Made by a program: the position numbers and the translations under genes | The notes under the pieces: model-generated | Databases searched by the model: none | The model's input: the letters and a program-made list of their open reading frames with translations, nothing else | What the model was told of the DNA's origin: nothing | NCBI RefSeq assembly: GCF_964204645.1 | Contig: NC_134035.1 | Coordinates: 1,736,001 to 1,800,000, forward strand | DNA: 64,000 nucleotides | Source: Tubulanus polymorphus | Lineage: Eukaryota; Animalia; Nemertea | Direction of reading: 5' to 3' | Shown here: piece by piece, positions 42,010-55,400 of the stretch | Numbering within the stretch: the stretch's first letter is position 1 | How the letters are laid out: each line of letters starts with the position of its first letter

Positions 42010-42088
<79 letters not shown>
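41955..42088 (+). mobile_element. 3' end of L2/CR1-type LINE or dependent SINE with (ATT)n tail
   Basis: aaagcgctctgag...gctatataaaaataaatttc followed by a long (ATT)n run. Confidence 0.5.
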
Positions 42089-42089
<1 letters not shown>

Positions 42090-42289
42090 GTCAGTCGATA
42101 TAGAGTTGGATTTGATAGTTGGGTAAACGATAGTTTGACCTTTCATCTGGTTTCACTACAAGCCTGTGATTTACTAAGCAGTATTACCTTTGAGTGCTAT
42201 ATGTACCCTTTCATGGTTTTTGCCGATATTCTCTCTGAATTCTGATGAGGTGAAATTGATGTTCGTTCGTAATTTGAGATAATTCAACC

Positions 42290-42370
<81 letters not shown>

Positions 42371-42659
42371 CAGTCATTATGACGCGGCATGCATAAATAA
42401 AATACGAAACTGCTCCTGCTGCGACGGTCGTTCCAGGAGATCATTACTACTGAGATTTAAACGTTATCCAATATTTCTCTCGTTACATCGAGAATATTAA
42501 TAGTTTCGCGCTGGAAATCTAAGCCGTTGCGTCCCTGTAGATGCTGCTAGATTTCCAGGCGATAATTCGTCGTGTGGCGATATTTCACCTCACAAACCGA
42601 CTCGTTGACAACATAATATATTGCGTATAATGAAAGATGATCTGTAGAGATAACTGCAA

Positions 42660-43060
42660 GGATTGATCACCACCGCTACCACCACCAGCATAGATCACCA
42701 CCACACCACCACCAGCATAGATCACCACCACACCACTACCAGCATAGATCACTACCACAATTATACCACCACAGATCATCACCACCACCAGCATAGATCA
42801 CCACCACCATCACCACCAACCAACATCGACCATCACTAACACCACCAGCTTAGATCACTGCTGCTACCAGCAATATAGATCACCGCCACCACCACCACCA
42901 CCACCAGCATATATCATCACTACCGATCACCAGCTAAGATCAAGACCAGCTAGATCAGACCACCAACACCACCACCACCACCACTACCACAAGCTTAGAT
43001 CACCACTACCACCAGCATAGATCATCATTATAGATCACCAGCTTAGATCACCAGCACCAG
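42660..43060. repeat. (CAC)n-based minisatellite (tagatcaccaccaccaccagca units)
   Basis: direct reading. Confidence 0.85.
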
Positions 43061-43483
43061 TAAAACAGCCACCTCTGCCACCACAGCGTTACTGCGTTCA
43101 TCCGGCTAAAATAATTTATTATCGTGCGTCGATTACACCTACAATTTCTGTCGCTATAACCGAGCACGAATGATTCCACATCACGACCGATCGACGGCAA
43201 ATCAACGCCTCGGCCGGAAATGTTCATTCAATTGTTCGTTATTAACGTCGACAAAAACAACTGATTCAACTCGATGATAGATTGATGGCTCGGCTCGGTG
43301 CTATCGTGGGTTGCCTTGTTCACAATTCCATTCCCTAACTTATTTCCCCTGTTATACCTCTCCCTAAACATTGACAATAATCGTCGTGATCTGTGTGGCT
43401 GGCCAGAAATGTACACACTACTACCGTACTCACCCCTAGCTGACCCCTGATCCAACCTTTCAATTATCTAGTGTATCTACCTG

Positions 43484-43621
43484 GGCCCAGTTGCACAGTC
43501 GTGACTTCAGTCCAAAAGTGGCCTCAAATCTTAAGACTGGTCTTAAGTTGTTAGATTGGCTATAGAACTAAGTTGGTCTTAGACTGGTCTTAAGTCTAAG
43601 CCATGACTATGCAACCGGCCC
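43484..43621. mobile_element. Harbinger-like MITE (138 bp); related copies at ~48614-48737, ~21950-22278, ~18095-18438, ~46495-46600
   Basis: TIR GGCCCAGTTGCACAGTCGTGACTT / AAGCCATGACTATGCAACCGGCCC with a CTG 3-bp direct repeat; internal unit AGACTGGTCTTAAGTTGTTAGATTGGCTATAGAAC. Confidence 0.75.
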
Positions 43622-44385
43622 CTGGATTGGCTTTAGGATTACGTAGGTGACTGACTAAACCTAGCCCACAGCAAGTCGCAAACCTGAAACGAGAAACAAG
43701 GAAAAAGGCTTTTCAACATAAAACAGTTTTTACCTTAAACCAAGTTTCATGTTTTGGAGCAACACCAGTCATGAAACTAGCGTTAAAAGCGTCTCAGTGT
43801 CTCGCGGTGTGTGCTATAGGTCTCGAGTGTGTTTGAAAGTTGCGACTTTGGTCTCAGTTTGTTGGTGCTACGCGGTATTAGCTTATAGCGATTTATTTCA
43901 AATGAAATGAAATCCGACCTGCAGATTTTCAAGGAGTTGATAACAATGCGCGGCTATTTACTGTTGTTTTTGTTTGACGAAGTTTGTAAAGCTAAATCTG
44001 TTGCCTCCGGGTGCGGAAATTAGTTCGGCTGAAATATTATTCGCTCGTCATTTTCGTTCCGCCCTCAGCGGTCGACGGGGAAATTAGCGTACGAAAATGC
44101 GGGCATCCTCGGGATCGTCGAAAGGTCAGATCGATGATTTTTTCAAACAATAGCAAGTGCCATAGGTTTGAAGCAATCAGTTCGGTATCGCAAGAAGGGT
44201 TGTCTTATAATTTGAACGGAAAAACAGTACTGATTATCGAATAAGAGAGTTTCCTGCCCCACTCCCCTCAAGGGATGTTCTTGCAGAAGTTCAACGCCTA
44301 GTTTCACAAGTCATATACATCGTCTGGCAACTGTAGCATTAACTTTTGGTGGTCAGATGCATCAAATCGCTTCTATATTCCTTAA

Positions 44386-44640
44386 TCCTTTCAGTGCGGT
44401 GTATAAATCGGTGATAGACTTTGCTAGTACACCGCATCACGGCGTTTTGATGTTATTAGTTTTTATCTCTAATGAAAGATGGCAGCACCTAACGAACATA
44501 GTAAAATATTGGTAACTAGTTATACTGATAAAGTAGTAGTTAAGTGGTATACAGGTTATTCAACCCACTGCAGGAAATTAATCTTTAATTTTCAATTTAT
44601 ACCAACACTTTCGGGCGTTAATTAGTCGGCACTGAAAGGG
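44386..44640 (+). mobile_element. piggyBac-type MITE copy
   Basis: ttaa-TCCTTTCAGTGC...GCACTGAAAGGG; collinear with the 38746 copy. Confidence 0.75.
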
Positions 44641-45371
44641 TTTTAAACAGTATTGGAAAGTGTTGACGTTATGATGTAAAAGTAGTTACTTACACCAAAT
44701 CGACACGATGAACATTCTGAGAGAGAGAGAAAGACATGGCACAATTCTGTGCTTTAACAAACATCCACGATTGTGTCGTGGATAAACGCAAAGTCGGCGA
44801 CAACTGTCTCTTAGCCACTGTACCGCGTAATGTGTTATTTCCTTCTAAATACCGAACACATCAGATAGAGTGAAGTGGACGAAGTCAGCTAATGGATGAC
44901 TGAGCTACGAATATGACTGAAGAGCGACAGAAAGTTCCGCTTTTTAGAAATAGACGACGGGGTTCGTTTTATTAGGTGTCGACACTTCACAACAACGTCG
45001 TGTCTGTGTCTCGGTTTCGATCTCCGTACTGGTGAACTTAGGTTATCGGAGTTGGTCTCTACAATTTGCGAACTGAAGTGAAACTGAATGTCAATGAGCA
45101 CGAATCAATTTAGACCGACCAAAATGACCCGATCCAGGTCTGTTTATTTCAGAATGGACCCATTCTCTATGTGTGTAGAAACTTTACTTATATTGTCTGT
45201 CAATCACTGAGTGTTGCGTCTAGCTGGAGCAGCTGAGTTAGAAAATCCATGTGAACGCACAGTGTCGATTCGGTCCATTTTGAATTGGTACGTTCCAAGT
45301 ATCGACCAAATTAGAACCAACTAACTAGCAATAGAACGATCTTGATTTGCATATATTTATCAGTGTAATAG

Positions 45372-45679
45372 CAGGGTGGCCACTTGCCTGGAAATCAGAG
45401 AACGGTCGGAGAATTTTGTGAAAAAAAGCTTAAATTCAAGGAAATTCAGGGAAATTTGTTAAGATTGTGTCTATAATGAAACGGTTTCTGCCTATGTCTT
45501 ACATATTTGTCTATTTTTATTGATTGGATTCTTAGCAGTATGGGAAAACAATGGGTGCATGTCAGGGAAATGGTCAGGGGAACAACGTGCATGTCAGGGA
45601 AATGGTCAGGGGAACAACGTGCCTGTCAGTCAGGGAAATGGTCAGGGAAAAAGCAAGTCTTATAAAAGTGACCACTTTG
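45372..45679 (+). mobile_element. hAT-like MITE (CAGGGTGGCCAC ends, gtcagggaa sub-repeats); other copies at ~51420-51682, ~29260-29430, ~59620-59672
   Basis: CAGGGTGGCCAC at 45372 and 29260; GTGGCCACCCTG ending at 51682; the 45.4 kb and 51.5 kb copies align internally. Confidence 0.65.
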
Positions 45680-48600
45680 TATTGTTTCTAGCGGTTTTTC
45701 GAGCGGTGATGACGTTGATGATATTCGAGGCAGACGGAATCTAATTATCAGTCGGTAACGCGGACGTGTTCACACGGTGACCACTCTTAGCATCACTTAC
45801 CGGCGATATTAAATTCTCATCATCACCGGTGATCGTTATACGGAAATTGACTGCGTTCACTCGAGAGCAGACGACGGCCAATCATCATCATCGACCAATC
45901 ATTTGTCAGTCAATGTTTATTGCGTTCGACGTCTGCGGACGTCGGATGAATTAACCCCGGTGAATATCCGGAATCCCGCATCAAATCGAAGTCTATCCGT
46001 CCACGCGGTTTATCGTTGCTCCGGACGATGGCGCGTTGCGCGAAGATGATGCCGGATGGTCAGCGGTATTCGTAGGGGTGCGCGACATGTACGAAAGTGA
46101 ACGTTTTATTGCCAGCATCAATGATTGAGGGTCAGGGATTTTGGGAGGATGCATTTTGAAGCTATTGCTAGGCTAGCAATGAGGATAGATAGAAAAGACA
46201 GATTGCAAAATAAGGCCAGACATATGTAACGTAATAAGGACAAAATACATTCACGGAGATGTAGTATCTTTAATGGCATTTGGAAAAAATTGGACAAATG
46301 TGGACTTTGAGTTTCTGCAGGGAGAGGGTTGTTTGCACCCGTCACATTCCCTTGCGATGCAGGCCTAGAATTCTCTTATGACTTATAAACATAACCATTA
46401 GGTTAGTACTGTAGAAAGACTGGATTTTCAAGACTGGATGTCAACTATCCACCTGTTAACTCTAACCAACTTTTAAGCAAGTGACTCCTAAACTCAGTTC
46501 CGTAAGTCCATTATTGATCTTAGAGGTGGTGTTATGTTCTTAGATTGGCTATAGAACTAAGTTGGTCTTAAGACTTGTCTGAAATCTTAACCTGTGCTAC
46601 TAGCTGTGCTGGTCTATATGATAGCCGCCGCTGGCTGTATCGACTCTTGTTGTAATTTATCAGATTATTAAATCATCAACTTCCGCGCGGTTCACAACGA
46701 CGCGCAGGTCTCTTGACACTTTACGAGAGCGCAGATTAAAGTCTCGACAAGTTTTTCTCAACTTTCCAAATGTAAAACGTGTTTAATGAGTTTCTACAAG
46801 GAAGATGACTGCCACAGCTAGAGGGCAAAATGAAGTCACTTCCTCTGTTGATTTCAGCCATTAATTACTGATGCTCCGGTGGTTTTTAAGTGCCCCTTCC
46901 GCAATCGAACTTAAAAGTAGAAAATGCCATAAAGCTTTGAAAGTACATGATGGGCTTAATGCGGAGCCTCCTGTGGCAATCTAGGATTCCACTTATGGCA
47001 GGCGAGGATCCACCAGGTGTCGCTAGTAGATAGTTGGTCATCCGCATTCAATTTTCCTTCTACATTTCAATCAACACTGAATGAACTTTTTCTCTTAAAT
47101 GAATCAATTATTTATGAAAACTTTACCAATATCTGAGAAGAAAAATGAATTCATTGTATATTTAGTAGTTCCTGTTATAGTTTATGGATTTGAGACACTA
47201 AGAGTTCAGTTCAAATTTCATTGAAATAAACTGATTTTGATGACGTAATACTTGAGTGCTTGTCGCGCCATCTGGTGGGATAGTCGGTGTTGCGGTTCCT
47301 CATTCTCAATTCTTAACACCAAAAGCCGGAGTCAATCTTTGTGGGAGATGTATGCCCCTAATTAACAGTCCGTCACTCCCTCTAATGCGATATAGATTAT
47401 AAAAACACTGACATCAATACAATATGATACGTGCAGTCTAACAGTGGGCAGAGCGTCAAGTCTTTCGCGCTGAGTATAAGTGATATATCTTGCTGTAAAT
47501 GCGTTCTTGCAACGGATCAATTTTCCTATAATTTCGTTAATCTGATTATAAAGTGGTTTCAAGAGAGAGATAAGTACTGAGTTATAGTGTTTACATAGTG
47601 CGCAAATGTATTTTCAGATAAGAATACGATGATAGATTTTTTTTTGGGATGGGGAGGAGGAGGGAGGGGAAAGAGATTGGGGAGCGGCTTATGGAAAGAA
47701 AAAGAAAGCCTACTTTTGAGGGAATCACGAGAAACCTAGTTAGAGACCGAGAGAGGGACATAACTCATCAATCTGGACCCAGTTCCACAGTTGAATGTAA
47801 AAATGTATATTTTGCCTATATCTGTGAAAGTATTCTAAATAGAGTAATGATATTATACCTGTAAGCCTGTATACCTGTAAGGATGTAAGAACAATATGTA
47901 TGAAATTAAGTCGTAATGCCATCCAAGATGGCTGACTGGTGGCTATCTTTGATCCAAAAACATACATTAAGTATTGATATTTCATAAGTATTTTTTAGAT
48001 ATTTTATAAGGGGCGGTTGAATTTCATATATGATTTTCGTTGGATGTAAAAATGAAAGAGGTGTTGTGGTGAATATTTTAAGGGGGTGGTAGCCCCTCTC
48101 AAAATGTGGAGAACACTGCCTACCTGTGATTTTCCAGTGAATCATTATTGAAATTATTAACGAATGTCGATTAATGAAGATAACCAGGAAAACGCTCAAT
48201 ATAACGGTTATATAACGGTGATTATTGATTAATTCGGGCAGACGGACGTCCGACGTCGTCGTCGTTATAAATCGGGGATTCCTACAACGTTGAATTCATC
48301 AATCAAATTATTCATTAAATCCACCGCGTATAAATGTATTTATAATCGGCGCGCAGGTTTTGACGTTAAAACCATCCCCCCCGGCGACGATTGTTAAGTC
48401 AAGTTGATAACGTCGTTAACTCGGCGGTCTAATTCCATTTTAGCTCTACGGCTAATCTAGAAACTTGAGCTCATTTTGTTTCTGTAGCCAATCTAATGTC
48501 TTAAGACCAGTCTAAGCTCATTTTGGTTCTGACATGCATTTAATGATTCTTAGGTTTTGCTCTGAAAAATATATCGAGCTAATCTAGTAACTTAAGACCA

Positions 48601-49219
48601 GTCTAAGCTCATTGGGGCCCAGTTCCATAGTCATGGCTTAGACTTAAGACCAATTTTACGACCATCTTAGTTCTATAACCAATCTAACAACTTAAGACAA
48701 GTCTTAAAATTTAACACCATTTTTGGAACCAGCCCCAGGGTTCTATAATTAATCTAGAAACTTAAGACCAGTCTTAGTTACTTAAGACTGGTCTAAGCCC
48801 ATTTCAGCCATTTCGAAACTTATGCTCTGTACGCAGAATGGCCTTAATAAAGTGGCACATAGAGTTCACATGATAAACAACGGTTTGATGAATTATTCTT
48901 AATTCCATCTTCAGAAAAATGAACCATGGGTCGGTTTTTTGTTGTTAGTTGTTGTTAGAACCGCTGGAGACTGCGATGATTGATGGCTGCGTGCATGTAC
49001 CTCGACATCGTCGACTAAGCTAGCGACTTCAATTTTAAACAATTGAATCAAAAAATACACGACGACACCTGAGCCTCAATGACTCCATCGCTCATTCTAT
49101 CCATACTTACCTGTAGTGTAATCCATAGAGAATCCCACAATGATAACAAAAAAATACTATAAAGTCTGAAAATGTTTCCTTGAGCTAGTAGTTTATTCAA
49201 TGCTTCGAGATGTATTATG

Positions 49220-49503
49220 TATCGTTTCAGCGCCAAACTGCAGAAAACCCGTTATTGATGCTTTGCAGCTATATTTATTATTTATCGTTACAGCGCCCTC
49301 TAGTGGTATATTAATTATTAATCATTTCAGCACCTGACTGCAGAAAACCCGTTATCACTGCTTTGCAGCTAGATTTATCATTTATCGTTATAGCGCCCTC
49401 TAGTAGTATATTGTTTATCGTTTCAGTGCCCTCTAGTGGTATATTTATCATGTATCATTACAGCGCCCTCTAGTGGTATATTTATCGTTTCAGCGCCAGA
49501 CTG
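49220..49503 (+). repeat. Tandem duplications overlapping the splice acceptor of the first visible PLCL exon, containing CTCF-like motifs
   Basis: Repeated tttatcgtt(t/a)cagcgcc and cagcgccctctagtggtat units. Confidence 0.85.
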
Positions 49504-49643
49504 TTTGAATTATATGCAAAACGGAAGCGAATTAATCAAAGTTCGATCGAACAGTCGACAATACCATCGGTTGTTTACGCTCGACAACGATCTCGTCGAA
49601 ATCAGGTGGCAACCGAGTTCGAAAAAACCGCACAAAGCTCGCA
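49494..49643 (+). CDS. PLCL: PLCL exon (PH domain N-part)
   Basis: tttcag|cg cca gac tgt... [49 protein letters not shown]; donor a|gtacgt; phase 1 to 1. Confidence 0.9.
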
Positions 49644-49826
49644 GTACGTATTATTCATTATACACGACCTAGAATTCTATCTTCCTTTGATTGAATGCCC
49701 ACTCCATATTACTAGAACCACTAGGTCCAAAAATGACCACTGCCATCTGATTGAGGTGGCCAGATCATTAAAACCTGTAAATTTGGCACTCATCCTCGGG
49801 AATTGCAACCTTTCAAATGTATGTGA

Positions 49827-49885
<59 letters not shown>

Positions 49886-52318
49886 ATTAACATGTCATCT
49901 CGATAAACAAGCCAGCCTATAATAAGGCGGCTTACAAGACACTGTATGTCTGTCTTCAAAAATATCTATAACCGAGGGCGGAACCACGCGGAAACCCAAT
50001 AAATAGAGTCTTCGACTTGGCTGCTTTATGTGAGAAGTTCCTTTTCTTCTGGACCCAGCCCTTCCAATTATCCTAGACCCCCCCCCCTCGCATTCGGCGC
50101 TGATTCTAGAAATTTTCATACCTCCTCCCGGAATATTCTCGGATTATTTACGTGTTCATTTATTTGTCTGTATTGATTTTTTTTCAGTCCAACTCGAACA
50201 GATAAAAGAAATACGAAGCGGTAAAAATACCGATGTTCTCCGGAATCCGGATATCGCCGGAATCTACCCGGACGAATGCGCGTTCTCGATTATCTACGGC
50301 GACGGATTCGACTCGTTGGATTTGATCGCTAACACGCCGGATGAGGCTAATATCTGGGTCACCGGACTCACGTGTCTGCTTTCCGGTAAACATAATCGAG
50401 GTACATCCCTACGTTTTTACGGTGATGCTCATTTTCTTCACTTTCGTTACTGTGCGTTTGTCTGAAACAAGAAACGTTAGGATTGCGGTATGCGATGTCG
50501 GAGAAGCTAAACAAGAAACGTTGGCATAATAACCATTCATTCGCTACTAGTATATCATATGCTCACTAGGTGGGGCTGTAGGTTTGCGTCAGTGTTTCTT
50601 GTTTCGCTGTGCGTCATAGCAGGTGAACTAAACATCGAAAAATATTCCATAAACACTAAATCTGTTTCTCGTTTCATGTTTTTCTCACTGCGCGCTTATT
50701 CATTCAGCGTAAAACTGAGATTAAAATTTGAGATTGATTAATCGTATTCACGGTAATCGCCTTCCATTAGTTCACCTTTAAATCGCTTTTAGTTCCACAT
50801 AAAATATGGAGCTTAGTTTATTGAAAATTGAATCGACGATAATATCAGAGTATTAATATCAACGGAGGGAACTTCGGCGCTTTTGAATCATTATTCAACT
50901 GGAATTTAGATAATAAAAGAGACATTATCGCGCGATGTTTTTGCTGAAGAAATCAATGTCTCGCCCAAATTCCGCCCATCCAAATACCGTTGGTCCAATT
51001 ATCGACTATTCAAGTAAAATCTAATCTATCGAAATTAAACTCGCAACTGGGAAGTCTGAAAAAATACGCGGAGGCTCAATTTACTCGATTCAACTTATCT
51101 CGCTTTGATCTCAATTACTACCGATAGATAAATCAGCTACGCATTCAATAGATCTACGTTGATACGACTAGTACCTTCCCCGATGATAGGGGCTATAAAC
51201 GGTGGAAAAGTTACATTTATATTCATCCTGACCAAAGCGATTACCACACGGGCTCAATACTGAAGGGCTTAGGGATTCCTCCCTCAGACGACTTGACAAA
51301 TTTCTGCAGTGAATCATTTGATTGGCCTATGATAGAATTCGAGAGGTTGACGAATTCGACACGAAGACCGATTCCCCTTTATAATCACTTTATTCGATGT
51401 ATATTTTTTCATCGGACTTATCAGGGAGAAGTCAGAGAATTTTCTTTTCTTCAAAAAAATGGAAGTTGGTAAAAAAGCTTAAATTCAGGGGATAAGTCAG
51501 GGAAATTAGATGAGATTGCTAGATCGCGTGTAAAATCTAACAGTTTCCGTCTATGTCTTACGTATTTGACTGTATTAATTGATTGGATTCTTAGCAGATC
51601 AAGTCAGGGAAAACGGCAGAATCAGAGAGTGTATGTTGGTGAATAGTCAGGGTAAAAGCAAGTAACAAAAGTGGCCACCCTGTGAAAACTGAAGCTACTA
51701 AGCATTAACAAATGCGCAATCAACTGCAGAGGATTAACAACTTGACTATTGATATTTCTAGAGCTAACTCTACAGTAATAAATAATCCACTCGCTGAGTG
51801 AATTCACCGAGTCTGTCACGGTCTGTCATTGGCTCAAGGGAACTGGAAAATCTGGACCATATCGGGGCCAAATACAGTCGTGCCGCGCACCAATGAACGT
51901 TCGTCGCTAAACGGCGAATATGCGAAGACGTTCGTTCTTTATTCCGCATTGCCTGATTCTATTGAATGAGAAAAAAAAACGACGGGGGTAACGTTTTAAT
52001 TCGCTTTGATCAGTCGATTCGTCGTTGATCAAAAACAATTTCCGGGAGGGTCGGGAATCTCGGGCGATCGATATCTCGCGTGTCGCGCGATCGATAACGA
52101 CGGGAGAAACCGATGCCGGTATAATTGGAAACGACGTTCTCAGATCTCGGCGGCGGCGTCTGCCGAACGACGCGAATCTTAAACCGGTTCGTCCTCGTCG
52201 TTACGCCCCACCCCCATGTTACCATGACAACGTAACGCTCAGCGGCGGCGACGGCTGACTTGGACGAAAAGACTGACTGCAGATGATTGTTTTTGAGTGG
52301 CAGCAGGCAGGCAGTCAC

Positions 52319-52406
<88 letters not shown>

Positions 52407-55400
52407 GTTTATGTCACGGATGAATACAAAAATCAATGGATTATCGGTGTGCCAGATATCCCGCCAGATGGCGCCACTGCGATATCAGACGTATTCGATC
52501 AAAATTTCTCATCAACAACTTCGATCTAGATTTCTGGCGTTCTTATCCAAAAATCGCGCAAACGCAAAATACGTTTCTTGTTACGTTTTCTCATCTTGCT
52601 GTCTGTAAATTAGTTTAATTTTTTAAAGATCGTTCCAACGACTGAAACTCAGTCGAAATTAACCTCGTTTCAACTTCGCTCTTCGATTCGAAATTTCGAC
52701 CGTAACCGCGCGAAATCAGGTCCTCGTCGGATGAAATTATTGTCGGATGAAATTATCGTCACTTTCGAAATATGCGGCTAACCTGATTGATCGTATGCGT
52801 TAAACGAACTCACAACGATGACTCTATCTTACTGAAACAATTATATTCAAACTGATAAATGCCGTGCGATAATTCCCCCGAGGGGCTCGAGACATTCTCT
52901 TCTAATGGAGTCATCAGACCTTTCACGTGTTTAACTCCCACACATCGTATAACATTCGATTATCAGCCGTTCTCGGCGCGTTCCGCCAAAATTACAAGAC
53001 GACCCGCCACACCCGCTATCCCACTAGATCGTAACGCATAATTTAGTGCATTTTCGATAAGTTCAACCCCGAACTATAAATTTGATCATCTAGTTAATCA
53101 TGCATCAGTCAAACCATGCATCTAGTTATCTTTACCTGCTTTGTAAGGTCGCTTTGACCATATCACATTTTCCAGTATACTCGCCTGATCTTCATAGACA
53201 GTAAGGTGCTGCCCTCTATGTACTATTTAAAATTAATAGTAGGTGATATTTCAGTCGAAAGTCGCATTTCAGTAAAAACTGATGATTTACCAAAGGAAAA
53301 CAGATGAATACGGCCCCAGTAAAGGAAGGATTACGGATTGATTTTCTGGTTAACCCTCTCAGTGCATTTACACCGCTGTGCGGTGTATAAATCGGTGATG
53401 GACTATTGTTGATGTTTTTAGTAATTAGATTTTAACTCTTGAAAGATGGCAGCACCTGTCAAACATAGTGAAATATTAGCAAATAACGATACACCGCACC
53501 ATGGTGTAGACGCACTATAACAGTATGCTTGTTATTTAACGCACTGGAGTGGAATTGTTTAATCCAGCGTACTGCGCACTAGCACCACCTGGTGGATCCT
53601 CACTTGCCACAGTATTGTAGGGTCCTCTATAAAAGTGTGTTCAGTTATCTGTCGAAAATCCATTGAACGCTCAAATCGACGGTTGACTATTTTTTCTCAT
53701 CAATCCAAGCACGTTTTCGTTGCTGAAACCGAATATTCATCGTACGTACGTCCTATCATCCGCCGGTATTCGTTTCGTCCTATTATTCGCCGGTATTCGT
53801 TGCGAGGATCGTGATTCAACATCAATGAAAAGACCGATTGAAAATTGCGCATCGCGTTGATTGAATCTGTGCACGCTCGAATTTACGGTGATATTCCAGT
53901 CACAGATCTGACACCCGCATCAGATAGACTTTCAAATTACTTCACTCCTCTCATAATTTACGTGGTTCTTTTTTGATTTATCGGAGCTATTCCCTTCATT
54001 GATGGGTGATCATAGATTTTTTTTGCGTGGTCGGAAAGAAAAATTTTTATGCAAGAAGTATATTTTGTGTTAATGCGTTTGATGTCTAGTTTGCGCCCTA
54101 TAACTCCTGCAAGAAATCACCACGAAACAGATTAATGTTTATGTGGTTTGATGATTCGGTTATTGCACAAAGTTGTTTCATGTTTTGGGTTTATATCTTG
54201 CGGTATGCGCTAGGCTTATCACGCACAGTGAAACAAGAAACACTGAAAACAAAACCGGTGGTGAATTTGATCAGTTGTAATGTATCATTGTTACTGATTG
54301 TTTTTTTCATCAGTGTTTCACGGTGAGCTATTATTACATCGCACACAGTAATAGAAACAATGTTTGTCACATTGGGTGAACTGTGTTTCTTGTTTCAGAG
54401 CAACTCGCACAGCGATAAAACTAGCCAGAAAAACATTTCAGTTTCATGTTCTGTTTCGTACCATATGCGCTAGGTGTGACGGCCATTGATTCGGGTATAA
54501 TTAGACACTTTACCACTGTCTCTGCTAGTTCTAATCTAATTCAACTATTGATTTATCTTTTCCACAGATTCAACGGATCACTTAGAGGACAGACAACAGA
54601 TGAGAGATAGGTATCCTTTTGAAGAAACAATTCGGTTAATGCCATTGACCGCGTGTTTCTTTATCAGTACGTGATTCGATGAAAAATGAATGAATTCTAA
54701 CATTTTAAACCTAGAAATCTCTGATTCACACTGGTGAATTTTGTGTAATCACTTGGAAAAATCAATGAAAACTGGAGGGGATTTGTAAATGGATGACTGT
54801 GGATGATATCAGCGCCAAAATCCAGCCAATTTTTTTATATTCGTTGGCTTGATTCCCCAGCGAAGTTCTTTGCAATATTCGATTACTGGTCCATATAGAG
54901 GGCTAAATCAGATAAATATCTGATTTCTCCCTCCAATTCTATAGTTCTTCCTTAAATACCCTAAAATGAGAGGAGAACATGTAAAATGGCTGCCATTCTG
55001 TCGTTCATGTGACACGTACTAAGTACGAATACCGCCACAGCAGACGATCTTAGCTCTCAACATCTGCGGTGATAATCATTTGCAATTTTTGACTTACGAA
55101 CGTCGTTGCGCGCTAGGCTTAATTGAAAATTCCATTCCCTTCGTCCGTCGCGTATTGATGCAACTACTCGGTTGTGATAAGTTATTTTCGAGGAATTCAA
55201 AGATCAGGAAAAAATTTTGATAATGGGGCCCGCTTAAACTATTCGCCGTCTAAACCCGTCGGCAGTCACTTCAAAAATTGGAAAATTAGACATCCTTTTT
55301 TGATGAAATCATTAAAAACGAGCAGTTTATTGACGCCTTGAAGTAAAATGACGCATACGCGTGATATTAATGATCAATATAGTTATTTTGAATTTGAATA

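Noticed and set aside
49048-49236. Minus-strand ORF with a strong CAG|GTAAGT donor near 49110 (antisense gene)
   Set aside because: There is no recognisable protein similarity and no partner exons.
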